From: the human T2T-CHM13v2.0 reference genome, Homo sapiens
Reading direction: 5' to 3' (one strand)
NCBI RefSeq assembly: GCF_009914755.1
Contig: NC_060935.1
DNA length: 64,000 nt
Positions 57,432 through 64,000 of this stretch are shown here, piece by piece; the stretch's first letter is position 1; each line of letters starts with the position of its first letter. The notes under the pieces were generated by a model. That model was given only the letters and a program-made list of their open reading frames with translations. It searched no databases and had not been told where the DNA came from. Made by a program: the position numbers and the translations under genes.

Positions 57432-58371
57432 TCAAAATTTTTTCCTACTAGGGTTTTTTTCTCAGAGAAAGTTGAACATTTTATTCATCAAACTGTAGAT
57501 TAAGGGGTTCATCAAGGGAGCTGTATTGGTGTAAAAGACAGAAGAAATCTTTCCCTCATCCATGGACCCAGCAGAAGATGGTTTGAGACACATAAATGCA
57601 CACGATCCAAACTAAGAGAAACAGCAATTAGGTTGGAACTGCAGGTGTTCAAGGCTTTGGACCTGCCCTCCTTGGAGTTGATGTGGAGGATGATGTAGGA
57701 GCTGCAACCACAAGAGATAAATATGGTGACAGTGGAAAATAATGACTGCTGCAGTGGAAACCACCAGCTCATTGATGTAGGTGCCGGTGCAAGAGAGCTG
57801 GAGCAGAGGGAGGATGTCACACAAATAGGGATGGATGGTGTTTGCATCACAGAAGGTCAGTCTCAGCATGCATCCAGTGTGGGCCATGGCACTAGAAAAG
57901 GCTAGCAAGTATAAACCAAGCATAAGGTGAGAGTACACTTTGGGGGACATGGCAATATTATACAAAAGTGGGTTACAGATGGCTACATGGTGATCATGGT
58001 GACATGCTGATCATAGGCCATTGAGGTGAGCACATAGCATTCAGAAATACCAAAAAAAAATAAAGAAAAAAGAAAAGCTGGGACATGCACCCCATGTGGG
58101 AGATAATATCCTTCTGTGTTATGAAGTTCATCAGCATTTGGGGTGTAAACACAGAAGAATAACAGAGATCTATGAAGGACAAGTTAAAGAGGAAAAAGTA
58201 CATGGGGGTATGAAGGTGTGAATTGAGCACAACGAGAGTTACCAAGCCAAATTTCCCAACGCAGTGACCATACACTAGAAACAGGAAGAACAGAGGGAGT
58301 TGGAGATCTGGCTGATCTGTTAACTCCAGCAAAATGATTTTAGTCATGAAAAAGCCATTTCCAGGAGCCAT
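57432..58371 (-). pseudogene. OR8B6P: OR8B-type olfactory receptor pseudogene (symbol inferred from remembered gene order, tentative)
   Basis: Starts MAPGNGFFMTKIILLEL at ATG 58371. [21 protein letters not shown] is intact. Frameshift in the TM3 T-run, duplication at the MAYD motif, further frameshifts. Downstream fragments [41 protein letters not shown]. Confidence 0.9.
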
Positions 58372-59465
58372 TCTTCTCTGAGGGTATCTGTGGACACAGG
58401 AAAAAAAGCTTCCATTCAAGAGCAACACAGCTCTTCCCACAATTTCTCCTCCCGTAAGAGTAGAGTATATGCTGGGATTATCTGAGACTAGCCTAATATG
58501 GACCCACATAATCTGCCTTTACTGCTGTCATGATACTGAGTGACACTGACTTCCCCTTTTTCAAGTTGTAGGAAGTCAAATACAGCAGAGACCAGCACCA
58601 CTTTAGCCTAATAGCATGAAGGCCAGCGCTACCACATGCAAGCATGACTGCTGGAAAGACAAAGGGATACGGGAGAAGGGTGGACCAGGACAGAATGGTT
58701 TATCCCTCATTTCTTCATTTCTTCATTCACTTGAGTCCTCTCATCACCAATAAGGTTAAAGGCAGAGGCCGTGGCAACCTGGTGCTGGCCTCTAATGTAG
58801 GTTTGACTCAGGTGGTGCATAGAAACAAAGAACATTGTTCCTAATCCAAAAATAAGGAACCAAAGTCTAGGCAAGGTTATGTTACTGCCCCGTATCACAG
58901 AATCAAAGTCCTACATCTAGAACAAAGAGAGTTCTGTCCATGGAGAGGGAACTTACTGATTAGACACTGCAACCACTGGGTTCACTGGTGTCTCTGAACA
59001 TTATCTGCTCCTTTTGAACAGATTTTTCCACTGGTTTCAACTGATTATCAGGACAGCGTTGAATGGGAATGTAAATGCCATATCTTTGAGCCCTGAACTT
59101 CCATCTCAAAACAAAGAGGACATGAATGTACATGGAATTCAGAAACACTCTCCTTAGGCCAGAAAACCTTAGTGTTTCCTTATTCTTATTTGCCACTGTG
59201 GTCCTGGAAGGGCAATTTCAAGCTCTGAGGCTTTAGTTTCTTTAATTCTAAGATACAGATCAGACTTAAATTTCATTGTGTCCTATTATTTTTATTATTA
59301 TTATTTTTAATATAAGTATGATTCCTCTCTAGCAGCAGACAAAAAAAAAGTCTTTATTATTATTCTTTCCGTCACTTGGTAGGACATAATAGATTTAATA
59401 TCAATGTAATGATATAATGTACCTTGATATATTATATAATTTAGTGTTGAAGCTTCCTCAGCCAC

Positions 59466-59610
59466 TTCCCTAGGGAATATGGTTCAGGTTTAAGCAAGAT
59501 GAGGGCTTTGTATTTATCCCCTGGACTATGATTTCTCTTTTGTTCCTTAGAGACTCAATATTTTACCCAAGTTTTCCTTCTCCCGAGGGACTGTACATCC
59601 CCTAAGGCAG
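59466..59610. promoter_or_regulatory. Cluster of O/E (EBF)-type sites upstream of the second OR8B pseudogene
   Basis: TTCCCTAGGGAA (59466-59477) and TCCCGAGGGA (59581-59590) match TCCCNNGGGA. Weaker TCCCCTGGA and TCCCCTAAGG lie nearby. Confidence 0.5.
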
Positions 59611-59739
59611 AGTGGAAATAAACTCCCATCTCCCCGTAATCTTCACATCTGATAGGAATTCTGTTTCATTAGTTCTTTCTTTTTTTCTTCATCCTGAATG
59701 GGAATTTTTCACAGGATCTGCCTGCAGGCTTCTTTATTT

Positions 59740-60085
<346 letters not shown>

Positions 60086-60091
60086 TAGGTG

Positions 60092-60430
60092 GCTTAGTCT
60101 GATCAGGCCACTGTGACAAAATATCATAGACTTGTTGGCTTGGGAAAAACAGAAATGTATTTCTCACAATTCTGGAGGCTGAAGGTCAAGATCAAGGCCA
60201 TCTCTGGTGAGGCCCTGCTTCCAGGTAGACAGCTGCCTTCCTACTCTAAACACACATGGCAGAAAGGGCAAAGGCTGACTCTGGAGCTCTTTTATAAGGA
60301 TGCTAATTTTATTCAAGAGGGTTCTGTCTCCATGATCATTTACAAAAGATCTCCCCTCCTAATTCTGTTGCCTTGGGGGTGAGATATTTAATATATGAAT
60401 TTAGGGGAGACTTACATTCAAACTACAGCA
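60092..60430 (-). mobile_element. MLT1A-like MaLR LTR
   Basis: aacagaaatgtatttctcacaattctggaggctg...acattcaaactacagca. Confidence 0.75.
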
Positions 60431-60619
60431 CAAAGATGGCAGTAACTCACTTCAGTTGGCTCTCATGGTATATCTTTGAAAAAAAATTAATGTCTTAATT
60501 CCCTTTTAAAGTTTTTACATCTAAACACCTTGTAGAAATTTCTACATGAGTGTCCCACTGAGTCCTAAATGGAACATTTCGTTAATGAGGTCATCAATAT
60601 ATTCTCACCATAGTAGTTC

Positions 60620-60845
60620 AGAGTTTGGGCTATGCAGTTATAGGAAATGTGTGGGAATCCCATTCCCAGGCTTAATAACTCAAGCAACTTACTTAGTCTC
60701 CCTGTGCCTTTGGTTCACATTTGTAAAATAAGAATGTTAAAAAATAGCATTATTCATGGGTTTTTATGATGATTAAATGAAAAAAATGTAAGTAAAATGG
60801 TTAGAACAGTGGTAAATAAGCAATAAATATCAGCTGTTGCTATTT
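60620..60845 (+). mobile_element. MIR
   Basis: gcaacttacttagtctccctgtgcct...tgtaaaataagaat...gattaaatga. Confidence 0.65.
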
Positions 60846-60894
60846 CTGTTCTCATAGCTTCTGGTACATCCTTTATCATAAAACTCATCAGACC

Positions 60895-60897
<3 letters not shown>

Positions 60898-60928
<31 letters not shown>

Positions 60929-61220
60929 TGTGTGTGTGTGTGTGTGTCAACGCATTGCTCTCCTCCCAGGCTAGAGTGCAGTGACAGGAGCACAGCTCAC
61001 TACAGCCTCAACTTCCTGGGCTCAAGCAATCCACGTGAGCCTCCCGAGTAGCTGGAGCTACAAGTGCACGCCACCACACCTGGATAATTTTTGTTTTTTT
61101 TTTTTGTTTGTTTGTGTTTTTTTGTAGAGACAGGGTTTCACCATGTTGACTAGGCTGGCCTCAAACTCCTGGGCTCCAAGGATCTGCCCACCTAGACCTC
61201 CCAAAGTGCTGGGATTACAG
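60898..61220 (-). mobile_element. AluJ whose tail is a (GT)n microsatellite (about 60898-60947)
   Basis: cacagctcactacagcctc...ccaaagtgctgggattacag. Confidence 0.85.
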
Positions 61221-62247
61221 ATGGAGTCATTTTTGCTCCTTCTGATTTCTGTGTTCCACCTATATACTATAAGTTCTGTAAGGATAAATATCATTTCTGT
61301 CTTCTTTAATATTTAATACTTCGTTCCAGGTGCTAAGTATGGTTCATAGTACATAGTGTGTACTAAGTAAGTATTTGTTGGAATTACATTGTTCTCTGAC
61401 CAAAACTGTTCAGAATATTTTCTACATCTTTCACATGCTAAACAACAGACTTTACAACCCCAACAACCTCCAGTCTTTTCCCTCAGCTACTACACAATTT
61501 CAGGCACATTTTAGTTTCTAACTGAACTGTGCTACTGAATTCCAGTGGCTCCTAACAAAATATCATAGACTAGAGAATAATTCTAATCTCTTCTCATGTA
61601 CTTACTCTATTCAGCCATCTACATTGCTCCTGGAGTAAACTCTGAAGGCACAGATCTCTCTCTCTCTCTAGCTGAAAAATTTCCAGTGGCTCCCCGTTAC
61701 CCACTGGGCAATCGAAACTATGTAATAAAAATATGTTTTAAAATGATGGTTCAACCTTGTTTAAAATTGGAGCAGAAATTGAGTAAGGGTTAGAGTTCAT
61801 GAGAAGCCATGAAAGAACTGCTATGATTGGTCAAAGTATTTTGAACACATTAAGTATTGTGCAAACTAAGTCTTCCTAGCAAATATAAGAAATAAAATGT
61901 CAGAAATATTTACATTTTAGAGACCATAGCAATTTTTAAAAAAAGGAAAAAAAAGATAAATAACTAAAAGGTATAGTGAACAAAGAATACCAGGCAGGTG
62001 ACCAAAGATTATACTTAAAATTTAAGTTTAAACCTATGCAAACTTTCCTTCTCATCATAATAAATTACTGTTTCTCTCTTTAATGTTTACTGAAAAAGAA
62101 GCAGGAATCACCCCAAGATGTTCATCTGCTAAAACTACATATATATATATTACATATATGCACACACACATGCACACACATACATACATATTATCTGTAC
62201 TATATATGAAATATAATTACTTATGTATACACACATATACATATATT

Positions 62248-63410
62248 CAGTCATGTATCATATAATGACAGGATATGCTCTGAGAAATGCATCGTTAGGC
62301 AATCTTGTCATGCAAACATCATAGAGTGTACTTACACAAACCTAGATGAAATAGCCTACTACAACCTAGGCTATATGGCATCACCTATTGCTCCTAGGGT
62401 ACAAATCTGCACATCTTGTTACTATACTGAATACTGCAGGCAACTGTAACACAATGGCAAGTATTTATGTATCTAAACATAGAAGAAGTAAAGTAAAAAT
62501 AAATGATATAAAAAATTAAAAATGGTATACCTGTATAGGGCATCTACCATGAATAAAGTTTGCAGAAATGTAAATTGTCTAAGTGAGTCAGTGAGTGAGG
62601 GGCGAGTGAATGTGAAGACCTAGGACACTACTGTACACTACTGTAGACTTTATCAACACTGTTCACTTGGTCCACATTAAATTTATAGAAACTTTTTCTT
62701 TCTTCAATAATAAATTAACCATAGTTTACTATAACTTTATTTTATAAGCTTATTAAATTTTTTAACTTTTTAATTGTCTTAAAATAACACTTAGCTTATA
62801 ACACAAAGACAGTGTGCAACTGAACAAAAATATTTTTTCTTTCATATCCTTATTCTATCAGCTTTTTTACTTTAAAATTTTTTATTATCTTTACATTTTT
62901 CAAACTTTTTTGTTAAAATCTAAGACAGAAGCACACCTACATTAGCCTAGGCTTACACAGAGTCAGGGTCACCAATATCACTGCCTTCCACCTCATCATC
63001 TTGTCCCCACTAGAAGGTCTTTAGAGGCAATAACACACATGGAGCTGTCATCTCCTATGATAACAGTGCCTTATTCTAGAATACCTCCTTAAAAAATCCT
63101 ACTGGTGGCTATTTTACAGTTAACGTCATCTTTTATAATTAGAAGGAGTGCCCTCTACAATAACGATAAACAGAACAGTATAGTAAGTACGTAAAACAGT
63201 AACATAATCGCTTAAAATTTTATGCATTATACTGGCAGCACAGTAAGCTTGTTTACATCTGCATCATTACAAACTTGTGAGTAATGCATTGAGCTACGAC
63301 TTTCAATGGATACAATGTCACTAGGTGATAGAAATTTTCCAGTTCCATTGTAATATTATGTATATGTGGTCCTCTCTTTGACCAAATTGTCCTTATACCA
63401 TAAATGACTC
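62248..63410 (+). mobile_element. Tigger3b-like DNA transposon
   Basis: Terminus cagtcatg..., ctgagaaatgcatcgttaggc, aacatcatagagtgtacttacacaaacctagatg, end ...atgactc-ta. Confidence 0.8.
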
Positions 63411-63416
63411 TATACA

Positions 63417-64000
63417 CAAGTATATCTCATTGTATTGTGCTTCACTTTATTTTGCTTTCCAGCTACTGCGTTTTTTACAAATTGAAGGTTTGTGGCAACC
63501 CTCCATCCAGCAAGTCTATCAGCATCATTTTTTCAACAGCACGTGCTCAGTTTATGTCTCTGTATCACATTTTGGTAATTTTTGCAATATTTCAAATTTT
63601 GCATTATTACTATATTTATTATGGTGATCTGTGATCAGTAATCTTTGATGTTACTATTGTAATTGTTTCAGGGCACCACAAACCACACCCATATAAGATG
63701 GAAAACTTAACTGATAAGTGTTGTGTGTGTTCTGACTGCTCCACTGGCCAGCAGTGCCCCATTTTTCTCCCTCTCCTCAGGCCTCCCTGTTGTCTGAGAT
63801 ACAGCAACATTGAAATTAGGCCAATTAATAAGCCTGACCATGAGCTCTAAGTTTTTAAGTGAAAGGAAGAGTCATATCTTTCACTTTAAATCAAAAGCCA
63901 CAAACAATTAAGCTTAGTAAAGAAGGCATATCAAAAGCTGAGATAGGCTGGAAGGTAGGCCTCTTGCACCTGTTAGCCAAGTTGAATGCAAAAGAAAAGA
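63417..64000 (+). mobile_element. Tigger1 5' part with degraded transposase start near 63840
   Basis: ttttttacaaattgaaggtttgtggcaaccct and aagtgaaaggaagagtc...aagctgagataggc. Confidence 0.85.

Overview
AT-rich, CpG-poor, repeat-dense primate genomic DNA, almost certainly the human chr11q24 olfactory receptor family-8 cluster. It holds two intact single-exon OR coding regions on the minus strand (OR8D1 at 28495-29421, OR8D2 at 37930-38865). Two OR8B-type pseudogenes (about 43511-44454 and 57432-58371) lie in old tandemly duplicated blocks. The rest is layered L1, Alu, MIR/L2, LTR and DNA-transposon sequence plus simple repeats. Nearly all other listed ORFs are repeat-derived or spurious. I see no evidence of a new protein-coding system. 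The most notable fine-scale points are: a splice acceptor shared by three OR genes but lost in OR8D2; a uORF whose stop overlaps the OR8D1 start codon; motif-breaking residues in both intact ORs; a pseudogene that seems to keep its promoter and splice signals; several fold-back palindromic insertions; a 90-bp perfect AT-rich palindrome; a MER85 with an intact PGBD3-binding palindrome; and nested or inverted retroelement insertions. Repeat subfamily names and boundaries are by eye and approximate.
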